Of a stretch of DNA of 64,000 nt, positions 41,601 to 51,640 are shown piece by piece; position 1 is the first letter of the stretch, and every line of letters starts with the position of its first letter. The DNA lies in assembly GCA_902632545.1 (NCBI GenBank), contig CACPCX010000003.1, forward strand, positions 46,033-110,032, read 5' to 3'. The notes beneath the pieces were generated by a model. That model was given only the letters and a program-made list of their open reading frames with translations. It was not told the origin of the DNA and did no database searches. A program made the translations under genes and the position numbers. This stretch comes from an uncultured Pelagibacteraceae bacterium. Its GTDB lineage: Bacteria; Pseudomonadota; Alphaproteobacteria; Pelagibacterales; Pelagibacteraceae.

Positions 41601-41613
41601 GTTGAATGCTTAA
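38608..41613 (+). CDS. soxA: Sarcosine oxidase alpha subunit
   Basis: GDTLASALLAN, RSFKYHRPRG, KRYTTTGMGTDQGK, GcvT-like C-terminus. Start taken as the ATG at 38608. Confidence 0.96.
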   Translation: MTKNLRVKSSEYIDETNRISFKFNGKKYHGFKGDTLASALLANDIHLVGRSFKYHRPRGIMTSGSEEPNAIVQINPGTNRTEPNVRATEVEIYEGLEASSQNCWPSVEFDIGGINNFLSPFLPAGFYYKTFMWPASFWEKYEFFIRHSAGLGKSPTSSDPDIYDHRNVHCDVLVIGAGISGILAAKNAAKNNFKTLLVDEKNELGGSTIFENTDFNKIDNKTPSEWLKKEIEELKSIKNLEIKTRTSIAAYHQYNYLLARENLTDHLETKNKTNKVRQRLLKIRAKKVILATGALERPLIFNNNDRPGIMLSSAVKKYSEFYGVACGNKNVFFTNNDSAYESALSLYNKGITVAAIIDIRDQSKSKIVKKVEEAGIKIYWSHSIVDTAGYKRLKKVTIMKLSNDGTSVTGSKVSISCDCLGVAGGWTPAVHLYTQSGSKLKFDDEKNVFLPNQNTPEQISVGSCSGDFKIDEIIKNLDQKLKDTLNIKETGLDNIKVEIDQESSKRNIWLLPSDKPLGKTKPFVDYQNDATAKDIKLALREGFRSIEHVKRYTTTGMGTDQGKLGNMHALGIIADTAGVKMGELGTTTFRPPYTPLTFGAIVGRNVGEFFDVFRRTPMNDWHVQNKAEFENVGQWKRAWYYPVNGETMHQAVQRESKAARESAGILDASTLGKIDIQGSDASEFLNRVYTNAWSKLGIGKCRYGLMLNEDGMVYDDGVTTRLGENHYIMTTTTGGAANVLGKLEDYLQTEWPELDVYLTSVTDHYATASLCGPNSKKILKKIIPDLDLSDENFPHMSFKEANIGHIQCRIMRISFTGEQSYEINVQASYGKDLWEKCIEAGQEFNITPYGTETMHLLRAEKGFIIVGQDTDGTMTPIDLQMDWIVSKKKYDFIGKRSLYRSDTMREDRKQLVGLLTDDPKIVLEEGAQIVSELNQSPVEMLGHVTSSYFSPNLNKSIALAVVRGGKDMMGKKLFVPMENKNINVTVANPVFYDAKNERLNA

Positions 41614-42169
41614 CTATAATTCAGTTATTAAAAATGAAATCAATCAAGGAAGTATTTCTGTAAAAGAAATCTCTCCTGTAATAAAAATTAATTTAAGAGG
41701 TAAAAAAAGAGAGTTTTTAACAAATGTTGGTAAAAATCTTAATATGATCTTACCTACAGAAGCAAACACATCAACAACAAGTGATAAATTAACAGCAATA
41801 TGGCTTAGCCCAGATGAATGGATGGTAGTTTCTAATGAGCTTGTAAGCAAAGACACCAACAAATACGAACTACAAGAAATGTTATTTAATAGTATTTCAA
41901 AAACCACTTTAGGTGCTGTTGTTGATGTAACAGATCAATTTGTTCAATTAGAACTTAAAGGAGAAAATATTTATGAAATCTTTTCAGCGGGATCTCCCTT
42001 TAATTTTAATGAATTTAAAGAAAAAAAAGGATCAACAACTCAGACAATTTTAAATCATGTAGATGTAATTCTGCACCATAAAGATGAAAATGTTGTAAAC
42101 CTATTTGTCAGAAGATCATTTGCTGAACATCTTTGTTCTTGGATTGAAGACAGTGCGTCAAGATTATAG
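41606..42169 (+). CDS. soxG: Sarcosine oxidase gamma subunit
   Basis: INLRG, WLSPDEW, VVDVT, VRRSFA. Confidence 0.93.
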   Translation: MLNYNSVIKNEINQGSISVKEISPVIKINLRGKKREFLTNVGKNLNMILPTEANTSTTSDKLTAIWLSPDEWMVVSNELVSKDTNKYELQEMLFNSISKTTLGAVVDVTDQFVQLELKGENIYEIFSAGSPFNFNEFKEKKGSTTQTILNHVDVILHHKDENVVNLFVRRSFAEHLCSWIEDSASRL

Positions 42170-42203
42170 TCTCAATTATTATTTTTATAAGCTATTATAA
42201 AGA

Positions 42204-42971
42204 ATGAAAAAAATATTACTTGTTGTGCTTTTTGCACTATTACCCTTCTCTCTTAATGCTGAGTCAAATTTAGATAAAATCTTATCATCAGGAATCCTTA
42301 AAGTAGGAACAACTGGAGATTGGGATCCAATGACTATGAAGGATCCTTCAACAAATAAATATAAAGGATTTGATATAGATGTAATGAATGAACTAGCTAA
42401 AGATATGGGGGTTAAAATTGAATTTGTACCTGCAGAATGGAAAACAATTGTTTCTGGCATTACTTCAGGAAGATATGATATCTCTACTAGTGTAACAAAA
42501 ACACCAAAAAGAGCAGAAGTTGCAGGATTTACAGATACTTATTACAAATATGGAACTGTACCACTAGTTTTAAAAAAAAATTTAAAAAAGTTCTCAACTT
42601 GGGATTCACTAAATAGTTCTAATGTAACTATTGCTACTACTCTTGGAACTTCACAAGAAGAAAAGGCAAAAGAATTTTTTCCAAAATCAAAATTAAATTC
42701 TGTAGAGGCACCTGCTAGAGATTTTCAAGAAGTTTTAGCTGGAAGAGCAGATGGAAATATTACTAGTTCCACCGAAGCGAATAAATTAGTTATCAAATAT
42801 CCTCAATTAGCTATAGTACCTGATGGAGAAAAAAATCCGGCATTTTTAGCAATGATGGTTTCAAAAGGTGATAACAAATGGAACGACTACGTTAACGACT
42901 GGATTAAAAAGAAAAAATCGTCAGGTTTTTTTACAGATTTATTGGCAAAATATAATTTAAAAAGCCTATAA
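42204..42971 (+). CDS. Polar amino acid ABC substrate-binding protein, cyclohexadienyl dehydratase-like (SBP_bac_3)
   Basis: Signal peptide; [16 protein letters not shown]. Confidence 0.85.
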   Translation: MKKILLVVLFALLPFSLNAESNLDKILSSGILKVGTTGDWDPMTMKDPSTNKYKGFDIDVMNELAKDMGVKIEFVPAEWKTIVSGITSGRYDISTSVTKTPKRAEVAGFTDTYYKYGTVPLVLKKNLKKFSTWDSLNSSNVTIATTLGTSQEEKAKEFFPKSKLNSVEAPARDFQEVLAGRADGNITSSTEANKLVIKYPQLAIVPDGEKNPAFLAMMVSKGDNKWNDYVNDWIKKKKSSGFFTDLLAKYNLKSL

Positions 42972-43011
42972 TCAATTAGTAATTAATTTTTAATTCTTTA
43001 TAAGTCAGAAA

Positions 43012-43743
43012 GTGAAAAAAATTTTTTTTTTACTTTTATTACTACCTTTGAGCTCATGCGGTAAGAATGAGCTTAATTGGTTAATTTTATCTCCAAATAA
43101 TATTGAAGGTTTAACAAACTTAAAGTTTTTATTAAGTGGTTTAACAACAACTATTTATATCTCATTAGTTTCAATTGTTATTTCAATGATTATAGGCTTG
43201 GTAGTTGCGATTCCTTCTTTAGCAAAAAATAAAATTCTAACCTATATTAATATTTTTTATGTAGAAATTGTTAGAGCAATCCCGTTATTAGTCTTAATCT
43301 TATGGATTTATTATGGTTTACCAATAATGACAGGTATAAGCTTTAGTCCATTTGTTTCTGGTATAATAGCATTAGCAATAAGTGAAAGCGCTTTTCAAGC
43401 TGAAATTTTTAGAGCAGGAATTAATTCAATTAAAAAAGCACAATGGGAAGCCGGTAGTTCATTAGGTTTAAATTTTTTTAAAAGATTAAGATTAGTAATT
43501 CTGCCCCAGGCAATAAAAAACATTTTACCAGCTATTGGAAACCAATTTGTTTATGTGCTAAAAATGTCATCTTTAGTTTCAATAATTGGTATCGGTGATT
43601 TAACCAGAAAAGCTAATGAATTGGTTGTTACTACTTATAGGCCTTTAGAAATCTATACTTTTTTAATTTTAGAATATTTAATATTAATATTAATTGTTTC
43701 TTACTTTGTTAGAAAATTAGAAAAAAAACTTAAAAAAGATTAA
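43012..43743 (+). CDS. Amino acid ABC transporter permease (HisM/GlnP)
   Basis: YVEIVRAIPLLV, AEIFRAGI...QWEAG..LG, ILPQA. Confidence 0.92.
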   Translation: MKKIFFLLLLLPLSSCGKNELNWLILSPNNIEGLTNLKFLLSGLTTTIYISLVSIVISMIIGLVVAIPSLAKNKILTYINIFYVEIVRAIPLLVLILWIYYGLPIMTGISFSPFVSGIIALAISESAFQAEIFRAGINSIKKAQWEAGSSLGLNFFKRLRLVILPQAIKNILPAIGNQFVYVLKMSSLVSIIGIGDLTRKANELVVTTYRPLEIYTFLILEYLILILIVSYFVRKLEKKLKKD

Positions 43744-43786
43744 AAAATTGATTATAGGAAATATTTTAATAAAGTTATTCAATATA

Positions 43787-44497
43787 TTAGTTCTTAAATT
43801 TAATACAAATTAGAACATCATCAAACAATATGTTATTAGGATATGTTTCGTTTATTTCTTTTATACCTTTGATAATTTCAACTTTACTTAGGTTAATAAG
43901 ACAAGAAATATATCTTTCTTTCAACATTTGAATATATTTTTTTTTAGTTATTGAAACTTTGAATTTAAAATTGTCTATTCGATTATTTTTTAACATTTTA
44001 GAAGTATCTTTAATCATAATAGAGTCTCTTTTAAGCCCTCTTTTGAGTTTTTTTTTCATGATTCTAAAACAAGGAATTTCATTATTTGAAGTAATTAAGG
44101 AAAAAATTAATAATACTCCATTCTTTTTTAAATGTTCTTTGCAAATTTTTATTAATTTTTTTCTTTTAATTTTATTAAAAAAATGAAGTGTTTGTTTAAT
44201 CATTATTAAATCATATTTATTATGATTAGATTTAAAGAATTCAAAAATATCTTCATTTATAAATTCTATTGACTTATCAACATCTTTGTGGGTTACTGGA
44301 TCAATCCCGATTGGTTTATTAGATAATTTTAATTTTCTAGATAAAGATCCAAAGATTTTACCTCTTCCACAGCCTATATCCAAAATTTTTGATTTCTTAT
44401 TTAATTTTTTTTTTTTAAGTAAAAATGAATTAAAAGAATCTATGTACTTTTTTGATGATAACCATGTTTTATTATCCCAGTTTTTTAATTCTCTCAT
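43787..44497 (-). CDS. Class I SAM-dependent methyltransferase
   Basis: ILDIGCGRG, GIDP, YDLI...LH. Confidence 0.85.
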   Translation of the reverse strand: MRELKNWDNKTWLSSKKYIDSFNSFLLKKKKLNKKSKILDIGCGRGKIFGSLSRKLKLSNKPIGIDPVTHKDVDKSIEFINEDIFEFFKSNHNKYDLIMIKQTLHFFNKIKRKKLIKICKEHLKKNGVLLIFSLITSNNEIPCFRIMKKKLKRGLKRDSIMIKDTSKMLKNNRIDNFKFKVSITKKKYIQMLKERYISCLINLSKVEIIKGIKEINETYPNNILFDDVLICIKFKN

Positions 44498-44982
44498 TTT
44501 GATTTTCTTTTTTTTCTATAATCCCAAGGATATTCAAAATTCATAGACCACATGCCTAAATTGTTAATTCTGGCATAATCCTCTTCTTCAACAAATTTTT
44601 TTGAATATTTTCTATACGCAAAAGCATAGCCACTTTTGACTAGATAACTAGATAAACTTTCGTTGTTAACGAAACATTCTGCTAATATTCTTTTATATTG
44701 ATCTTTTCCTTCACTAATACATTTAATCTTATTTTTTCCAATTTTTTCAGAAAGTAATGTTTTTGCTTTAATACCACAGAAATTTTCTAAACCATTTTTA
44801 ATACACGTTTGTTTTAACTCGGGGGTATCAATTCCACTAAATCTAATTTTCTCACCATTTATCTTTATTGTATCTCCATCAATAACTTTGATTTTACTCG
44901 ATTTTACATCTTCGTAAGTTAGAAAAAAAAATATTAGACAGATACTAATAGCTAAAAATAGATTTATTTTGTTTAAATACAT
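44494..44982 (-). CDS. Thermonuclease (SNase) family protein
   Basis: N-terminal hydrophobic anchor; VIDGDT, IRFSGIDTPE, DQYKRILA. Confidence 0.9.
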   Translation of the reverse strand: MYLNKINLFLAISICLIFFFLTYEDVKSSKIKVIDGDTIKINGEKIRFSGIDTPELKQTCIKNGLENFCGIKAKTLLSEKIGKNKIKCISEGKDQYKRILAECFVNNESLSSYLVKSGYAFAYRKYSKKFVEEEDYARINNLGMWSMNFEYPWDYRKKRKSK

Positions 44983-46315
44983 TATTTAAAAAATAACCAA
45001 TAAATATTAAAACAACAATCCCCATTACCCAATTTGTAGCCATTATTGTATAAAATATGTCTTCGTAATCACCACCTCTGATATTAATTACATACCATAA
45101 GCTTAGAAACGGAAATGCTGTTAATCTAAGGATGCTTAAATAAAGACTATATAGAGGTTTCTTAACTGCTTGAAATACAGCTGTGGTAATAAAGAATACT
45201 GGATAAATTGGTCCAATTAATGCTGCAACTTTTAAATAAATAGCACCACTGATAACTGCTTCCTGGTTATCAGTAAATAAAGAAACAAAAAATTCTGCAC
45301 CAAAAAAAATTATTATTCCAGCAATAAACATAAAGGAAGCTCCAAATAATAGTGCCTTGGTATAGAGTTCTCTTATTCTATTATAAGCTTTAGCACCATA
45401 ATTTTGACCACCAATTGAAAGTACAGCGGTATTTAATGCTATAACTGGAAGTAAGAAAACTTGTTCTACTCTTAAAGCTGCACCATAACCAGCAACAGCT
45501 AAATCACCAAACTGACCAATGAAATACAAGATGTTAAATATACCAACTCCAATAAATAACATACTAAACATTACTGGAACTGCCTGAAATGTTATATGCT
45601 TTAAATAATCAAATTTAGGGATAAAACATTTTGCTTTTAGATATTCTCTAATTTTACAATTATTGACTTTATAAGCTAAATAAATTGTTCCAATCAATTG
45701 TGAAATTACTGTAGCTATAGCAAGACCAGCTATACCGAAAGCAGGTATAAATCCATAGCCCCATATGAATAGAGGGTTTAAAAAAATATTAAGAAAAAAA
45801 CTAAATATTAAAACATTCCTATAACTTTTAGTGTCACCTTGAGCATTTAATGTTCCATTTAATGAAATTTGGATTAATACAATAAAGGTTCCATAAAAAA
45901 TAATATCTAAGTATTCTCTCGTTAATATAATACCATCAGTATCTGACCCCATTACCTCTAAAAGGTAGTTAGATACATTCAAACCAAATAGAGTTACTAA
46001 TATTGAAATTACTAATGCAAAGATTAAGGATTGAGCGACATACATTGAGGCAATCCTCTCTTTTTTTTCACCTATTGAGTTACCAATTAAAGTATTTGTG
46101 GCTGCACCCAAACCAACACCAACAGCAATAATTGTAAAATATATTGGAAAAGATTTAGCTATCGCACCAATTGCTTCGGCTGAAATTTTACCAGCAAACC
46201 ATGTGTCAACTAAATTATAAAAAGTTTGGAATAACGATCCAATACTCGCTGGTATTGTCACCTTTCTTAATAGAAACCAAATTGGATCTTTAGTTAATTT
46301 TATTGATTTAGACAA
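44945..46315 (-). CDS. MATE family efflux transporter
   Basis: YNLVDT, GDTK, LNIFLNP, GIAGLAIAT, GQNYGA. Confidence 0.92.
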   Translation of the reverse strand: MSKSIKLTKDPIWFLLRKVTIPASIGSLFQTFYNLVDTWFAGKISAEAIGAIAKSFPIYFTIIAVGVGLGAATNTLIGNSIGEKKERIASMYVAQSLIFALVISILVTLFGLNVSNYLLEVMGSDTDGIILTREYLDIIFYGTFIVLIQISLNGTLNAQGDTKSYRNVLIFSFFLNIFLNPLFIWGYGFIPAFGIAGLAIATVISQLIGTIYLAYKVNNCKIREYLKAKCFIPKFDYLKHITFQAVPVMFSMLFIGVGIFNILYFIGQFGDLAVAGYGAALRVEQVFLLPVIALNTAVLSIGGQNYGAKAYNRIRELYTKALLFGASFMFIAGIIIFFGAEFFVSLFTDNQEAVISGAIYLKVAALIGPIYPVFFITTAVFQAVKKPLYSLYLSILRLTAFPFLSLWYVINIRGGDYEDIFYTIMATNWVMGIVVLIFIGYFLNNVFKQNKSIFSY

Positions 46316-46323
46316 AACTTTCC

Positions 46324-47232
46324 TTATTTAAATTCTTTTTGAAAAATATGTTTTTTTCCAGATTGCTTTGCTTTGTATATCTGAGTTTGTCTCATTCTAA
46401 AACGTGATTTTTGATTTTCTGTTAGGTTATCGTGACAACTTGGACATGAAACGCCCTCTTCATATTTTTTTGATTTTTTATCCTTACGAGATATAGGTTT
46501 CCTACAACCACTGCAGATTGAAAAGGAACCAACTTTGAGACCATGTTTTAAACTGATCCTGTTATCAAAAACAAAGCATTCACCTTTCCATAAACTTTTT
46601 TTCTTATTAGTTTTTTTCAGATAATTTAAAATACCACCATTTAGCTGATAAATGTTATTAAAACCTTTTTTTTCTAAATATACAGATGCCTTTTCACAAC
46701 GAATTCCACCAGTACAAAACATAGCTATAGGTTGATTTTTTTTTAATTTTTTTAGATATTTTGGAAAATCTCTAAAATTATTAACATCAGGATTGATTGC
46801 TCCCTTAAATGTTCCAACATCGTATTCAAATGGTTTTCTCGCATCTATTAAAACAGTTTCCTTTTCTTTAATTAGCTTATTCCATTTGCTTGGATCTACA
46901 TGGCTATCTTTTTTCTTTATTCTTTTGTTTAAAGTTAAATTCATAGGAACGACCTCATTTTTAATTTTAACTTTAGGTTTGTGAAATGGTTGGAATGAGC
47001 TTTTAGAAAAATTGCTGCTGTTAAATTCTTTAAATTTAAGAGTTCTTTTTAAATTATTAATTGTGAATTTAATGTCTGAAGCTTTACCAGAAATAGTTCC
47101 ATTCACCCCTTCTTTAGAGATAATTATCGTACCTCTAATGTTTTTCTTTTTTAAAATTTCTAATAAAACTTTTTGATTTTTCTTTAGATAAGAAATTTTA
47201 ACAAATTTATAAAAACCAACTACTTCAAACAT
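46324..47232 (-). CDS. trhO: tRNA uridine(34) hydroxylase (YceA rhodanese-type)
   Basis: FYKF, EGVNGT, GTFKGA, FCTGGIRCEKA, GGILNY, GECFVFDNR. Confidence 0.93.
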   Translation of the reverse strand: MFEVVGFYKFVKISYLKKNQKVLLEILKKKNIRGTIIISKEGVNGTISGKASDIKFTINNLKRTLKFKEFNSSNFSKSSFQPFHKPKVKIKNEVVPMNLTLNKRIKKKDSHVDPSKWNKLIKEKETVLIDARKPFEYDVGTFKGAINPDVNNFRDFPKYLKKLKKNQPIAMFCTGGIRCEKASVYLEKKGFNNIYQLNGGILNYLKKTNKKKSLWKGECFVFDNRISLKHGLKVGSFSICSGCRKPISRKDKKSKKYEEGVSCPSCHDNLTENQKSRFRMRQTQIYKAKQSGKKHIFQKEFK

Positions 47233-47882
47233 TATAATTTTCTACAAACAGTCATCCCATCACCAAGAGGAATTATTAATTTTTCAACCCTTGTATCCTT
47301 TGAAATATGATTATTAAACTCTTTAATATTTTTAGTAAATTTATCATTATTGTTTTCATTCACAACTTCTCCATACCATAAAACATTATCAATTATTACT
47401 AGACCATTTTTCTTTAATAATTGTAAAGAGCGTTCATAGTATTCAATATAATTCATTTTATCAGCATCGATAAAAACTAAATCAAATTTTTCATTTTTAA
47501 TTTCATCTAAACTTTCTAAAGCAGGTTTAATTAATGTTTTTATTTTATGATCTTGATTAGCTTTTTTAAAAAAATTTATTGCAACTTTATTAGTTTCTTC
47601 ATTTTTATCTAAAGCAATTATTTTGCCGTCATCTGATAATGCCAAAGCCATAGATAACGTACTTAATCCTGTAAATGTACCTATCTCTAAAACCTTTTTG
47701 ATATTTGAAATTTTTATAATTAAATGTAGAAATTGACTTTGTGAAATTGATATTTGCATTCTTTTGATATCGCCAAGAGAAGTGTTGTAATCAATTATTT
47801 CTTTTTGGACTGGATGTAAATTAAATCCATGACTTAAAATATACTCTTGGAGTTCTTTAGTTATATTTAGGTCTGAACCCAT
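47232..47882 (-). CDS. Cation-dependent O-methyltransferase (Methyltransf_3; TrmR/CCoAOMT-like)
   Basis: LEIGTFTGLS, FDLVFIDADKMNY, DNVLWYG, GDG. Confidence 0.9.
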   Translation of the reverse strand: MGSDLNITKELQEYILSHGFNLHPVQKEIIDYNTSLGDIKRMQISISQSQFLHLIIKISNIKKVLEIGTFTGLSTLSMALALSDDGKIIALDKNEETNKVAINFFKKANQDHKIKTLIKPALESLDEIKNEKFDLVFIDADKMNYIEYYERSLQLLKKNGLVIIDNVLWYGEVVNENNNDKFTKNIKEFNNHISKDTRVEKLIIPLGDGMTVCRKL

Positions 47883-47887
47883 AAATT

Positions 47888-49351
47888 CTAAAGTTTTTTC
47901 TTTAAAATCTCATTGACTAATTGAGGGTTTGCTTTTCCACCAGAAACTTTCATTACTTGGCCCACAAAGAATCCAAATAATTTAACTTTACCTGATTTAT
48001 ATTCGATAGCTTTGTCTCTGTTATCATCAATAACCTTATCTATCAGTGCCTCAAGTGCTTTTGGATCGCTCTCTTGTTTTAAACCTTTTTCTTCAACAAT
48101 TTTCTTAGGATCTTTGTCACCTTCCATCATTTGTTCGAAAACTGTTTTTGCAATTTTTCCAGAAATTGTTCCATCTTTAATTAAATTGATTAATTTTGAT
48201 AAGTTGCCTGCGCTTATGGGGCTTTCAGTGATTTCTAAATTTTTTTCATTTAACGCTGCAAATAATTCACCAATTATCCAATTTACTGCAAGTTTTACAT
48301 CAGACTTCTTAATTACATTTTCAAAGTAATTTGATGTTTCAATATCAGAAACTAAAATGTTTGCATCGTAAGGTGATAATTTGAATTTTTCTATAAATCT
48401 TTTTTTCTTTTCATCTGGTAACTCTGGAATTTCTGATTTTAATTTTTCAATAAAATCATCTGATACTTCTAATGGCAGTAAGTCTGGATCTGGAAAATAT
48501 CTATAATCATGAGCATCCTCTTTTGATCTCATTGATCTAGTTTCATTTTTTTTTGTATCAAAAAGCCTTGTTTCTTGATCAATTATTTGACCATCCTCAA
48601 TTAAATCAACTTGTCTGTTGGCTTCGTATTCAATTGCCATCTGCATGAACTTAATTGAGTTAACATTTTTGATCTCACATCGGGTTCCAAACTCTTTTGA
48701 ACCTTTTTTTCTAACAGATACATTTACATCGGCTCTTAAAGATCCTTCCTGCATGTTTCCATCACAGGTGCCTAAATATCTCATTATAGATCTTAATTTT
48801 TTAATATATGCATTTACTTCATCTGGGGATCTTAGGTCAGGTTTACTTACAATTTCCATTAAAGCCACACCTGATCTATTTAAATCTACAAAAGTATTTT
48901 TAGGATCTAAATCATGAATGCTTTTACCAGCATCTTGCTCCAAGTGTAATCTTTCTATACCTACCTCTTTTTGACCATCTGGCATATCAAGTATTACTTT
49001 TCCCTCACCTACAATTGGATCTTTGAATTGTGAGATTTGATACCCCTGAGGTAAGTCAGCATAAAAATAATTTTTTCTATCAAAGACAGATCTCTTATTG
49101 ATTTTAGCTTTTAAACCAATTCCTGTTTTAATAGCTTGTTTTACACAATACTCGTTTATTACTGGCAACATTCCAGGAAATGCTGCATCAACTAGACTTA
49201 CTTGAGTATTTGGCTCAGCTCCAAATTTGGTCGCTGATGTTGAGAATAATTTTGACTCCGATGTAACTTGTGCATGAACTTCTAAACCAATCACAACTTC
49301 ATATTGATTATCATGTCTATTAATTAGATATTCAGATTTGTTCTTACTCAC
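47888..49351 (-). CDS. gatB: Asp/Glu-tRNA amidotransferase B
   Basis: [28 protein letters not shown]. Confidence 0.98.
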   Translation of the reverse strand: MSKNKSEYLINRHDNQYEVVIGLEVHAQVTSESKLFSTSATKFGAEPNTQVSLVDAAFPGMLPVINEYCVKQAIKTGIGLKAKINKRSVFDRKNYFYADLPQGYQISQFKDPIVGEGKVILDMPDGQKEVGIERLHLEQDAGKSIHDLDPKNTFVDLNRSGVALMEIVSKPDLRSPDEVNAYIKKLRSIMRYLGTCDGNMQEGSLRADVNVSVRKKGSKEFGTRCEIKNVNSIKFMQMAIEYEANRQVDLIEDGQIIDQETRLFDTKKNETRSMRSKEDAHDYRYFPDPDLLPLEVSDDFIEKLKSEIPELPDEKKKRFIEKFKLSPYDANILVSDIETSNYFENVIKKSDVKLAVNWIIGELFAALNEKNLEITESPISAGNLSKLINLIKDGTISGKIAKTVFEQMMEGDKDPKKIVEEKGLKQESDPKALEALIDKVIDDNRDKAIEYKSGKVKLFGFFVGQVMKVSGGKANPQLVNEILKKKL

Positions 49352-50805
49352 TTAATCCACCAATCATTAATATTGTTTTTAAAATTAATTTTTTCTTCCA
49401 TAGCATATGCAATGTTTAAAATATTTTGTTCATCAAAAGCTTTGCCAATTATCTGTAATCCTAATGGATATCCTTTAGCATCATGGCCTGCCGGTATAGA
49501 AATTCCAGGTAAACCTGCTAAATTTACAGGAACAGTAAAAATATCATTTAAATACATTGAAACCGGATCATTTGTTTTTTCACCAATTTTAAACGCAGAA
49601 CTAGGAGTGGATGGGGTTAGAATTGCATCAACTTTTTTATAAGCATCATCAAAATCATTTTTAATAAGTTTTCTTACCTTTTGTGCTTTAAGATAATAAG
49701 CATCATAATATCCTGAAGATAAAACATAAGTTCCAATCATTATTCTTCTTTGAACTTCAGCACCAAATCCTTCAGATCTAGTTTTTTCATACATATCAAT
49801 AAGATTTTCTCCTTCAGCTCTAAAACCATATTTAACACCATCGTATCTAGCCAAATTAGATGAGGCCTCTGCTGGTGCTACTATGTAATAAGTTGGTAGC
49901 GCATAATTAGTATGGGGTAGAGATATATCGATAATCTCAGCACCACAATCTTTTGCGTATTCAATACCTTTTTTCCATAGGTCTTCAATTTCTTTAGGCA
50001 TGCCATCTACTCTATATTCTTTAGGTATTCCTATTTTTTTTCCTTTAATATCTTTTGTTAATTCTTTGCTGTACTCGTTTCTTTTAAAGTCTATTGATGT
50101 AGAATCTTTTTCATCATAAGTACTAATAACTTCCTGTAACAATGCACAATCTTTAACATTTTGCGCCATTGGCCCAGCTTGATCTAGAGATGATGCAAAT
50201 GCTACAACTCCATATCGAGAGCAACTACCATAAGTGGGTTTTAATCCAACAGTTCCTGTAAATGAAGCAGGCTGTCTTATAGATCCACCTGTATCTGTTC
50301 CAATAGTTATTGGTGTTAATTGAGCTGCTACAGCAGAAGACGATCCACCAGACGATCCTCCTGGGACTAAATTTTTATCAATTGGGTTTTGTACATTACC
50401 ATAAAAACTTGTTTCATTAGATGAACCCATTGCAAATTCATCACAATTTAATTTACCCATCAGGATAGCTCCTTCATTCCAAATGTTTTGTGTAACTGTC
50501 GACTCATAAGTTGGAACGAAGTTATTTAAAATCTTACTACCTGCAGTGGTTCTTAAATCTTTTGTACAAAATAAATCTTTTACAGCCATTGGAATACCAG
50601 GCAATTTTAGATCAAGATTAGGTTTTTCATCAAACGTTTTTGCTTTATTTAAAGCATTTGCATAATCCTCAGTTATATATGCATTTAATTCTTTTGATTT
50701 TTCTGACCTTTCAACAAATGCTTTGGTAGCTTCACTTGAGGAAAGTTTTTTACTTTTTATATTTTCTACTAACTCAGATAATGATTGTTTAGTTATATCT
50801 GACAT
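49348..50805 (-). CDS. gatA: Asp/Glu-tRNA amidotransferase A
   Basis: [28 protein letters not shown]. Confidence 0.98.
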   Translation of the reverse strand: MSDITKQSLSELVENIKSKKLSSSEATKAFVERSEKSKELNAYITEDYANALNKAKTFDEKPNLDLKLPGIPMAVKDLFCTKDLRTTAGSKILNNFVPTYESTVTQNIWNEGAILMGKLNCDEFAMGSSNETSFYGNVQNPIDKNLVPGGSSGGSSSAVAAQLTPITIGTDTGGSIRQPASFTGTVGLKPTYGSCSRYGVVAFASSLDQAGPMAQNVKDCALLQEVISTYDEKDSTSIDFKRNEYSKELTKDIKGKKIGIPKEYRVDGMPKEIEDLWKKGIEYAKDCGAEIIDISLPHTNYALPTYYIVAPAEASSNLARYDGVKYGFRAEGENLIDMYEKTRSEGFGAEVQRRIMIGTYVLSSGYYDAYYLKAQKVRKLIKNDFDDAYKKVDAILTPSTPSSAFKIGEKTNDPVSMYLNDIFTVPVNLAGLPGISIPAGHDAKGYPLGLQIIGKAFDEQNILNIAYAMEEKINFKNNINDWWIK

Positions 50806-51092
50806 TATTCAATTACCTTTGGTACTACAAAATAATCTTCATTTTCCTTAGGAGAATTTTTTATTATTTGTTCTCTTAAGTTTTTACTTTTTACTTCGTC
50901 AGATCTTAATTTAAGAGTTGTTTCAGCAACAGAGGTTAATGGTTCAACATTGTCAGTTTTTAATTCGTTAAGTTTTTCAATAAAATCAAAAATTGAATTT
51001 AAATCTCCTGCAAGTTTCTCTGCTTTTTTCTCATGTACAGAAATTCTTGATAGTTTAGATATGTGCTTTATTGTTTTAAGATCGATGCTCAT
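50805..51092 (-). CDS. gatC: Asp/Glu-tRNA amidotransferase C
   Basis: [21 protein letters not shown]; ATG at 51092. Confidence 0.95.
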   Translation of the reverse strand: MSIDLKTIKHISKLSRISVHEKKAEKLAGDLNSIFDFIEKLNELKTDNVEPLTSVAETTLKLRSDEVKSKNLREQIIKNSPKENEDYFVVPKVIE

Positions 51093-51142
51093 ATGGTATT
51101 TAAATATGTCGCAAACTATCACTTAAGTTTAAAATATACAAT

Positions 51143-51598
51143 ATGATCACTATTGAAGAATTCAAAAAAAAACAGTCTGAAACCTCTAGATTGATTGGTT
51201 TAGATCTTGGTTCAAAAAGAATCGGTGTATCAATTTGTGATGAAAAACAGTCAATAGCCACACCCCTTAAAACGATCAATAAGACCAATAATAATGATCT
51301 AATCAACGAATTAAAAAAAATAATAGAGGAAAACAATATTAAAGGAATTGTTATTGGATATCCAATTAACATGGATGGTTCATTAGGTCCTTCCGCTCAA
51401 TCAGTAAGTGATGTTTCAAAAAATATTGACCAAAATGTTGATGTAGATGTTTGCCTATGGGATGAAAGACTTTCAACCGTTGGTGCATTTAATCTATCCA
51501 GTCAGCTTGATGTTAATGTTTCTAAGCGTGAAAAAAACATAGATCAAAACGCTGCTGCATTTATTCTTCAAGGAGCTATAGATTATTTAAATAATTAA
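51143..51598 (+). CDS. ruvX: YqgF/RuvX family nuclease
   Basis: GLDLGSKRIG, GYPINMDG, WDERLST, AAFILQ. Confidence 0.94.
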   Translation: MITIEEFKKKQSETSRLIGLDLGSKRIGVSICDEKQSIATPLKTINKTNNNDLINELKKIIEENNIKGIVIGYPINMDGSLGPSAQSVSDVSKNIDQNVDVDVCLWDERLSTVGAFNLSSQLDVNVSKREKNIDQNAAAFILQGAIDYLNN

Positions 51599-51640
51599 TC
51601 CTTGCCATTTAGGGGCTTTATAGCTATAGAGTTAATTTTA

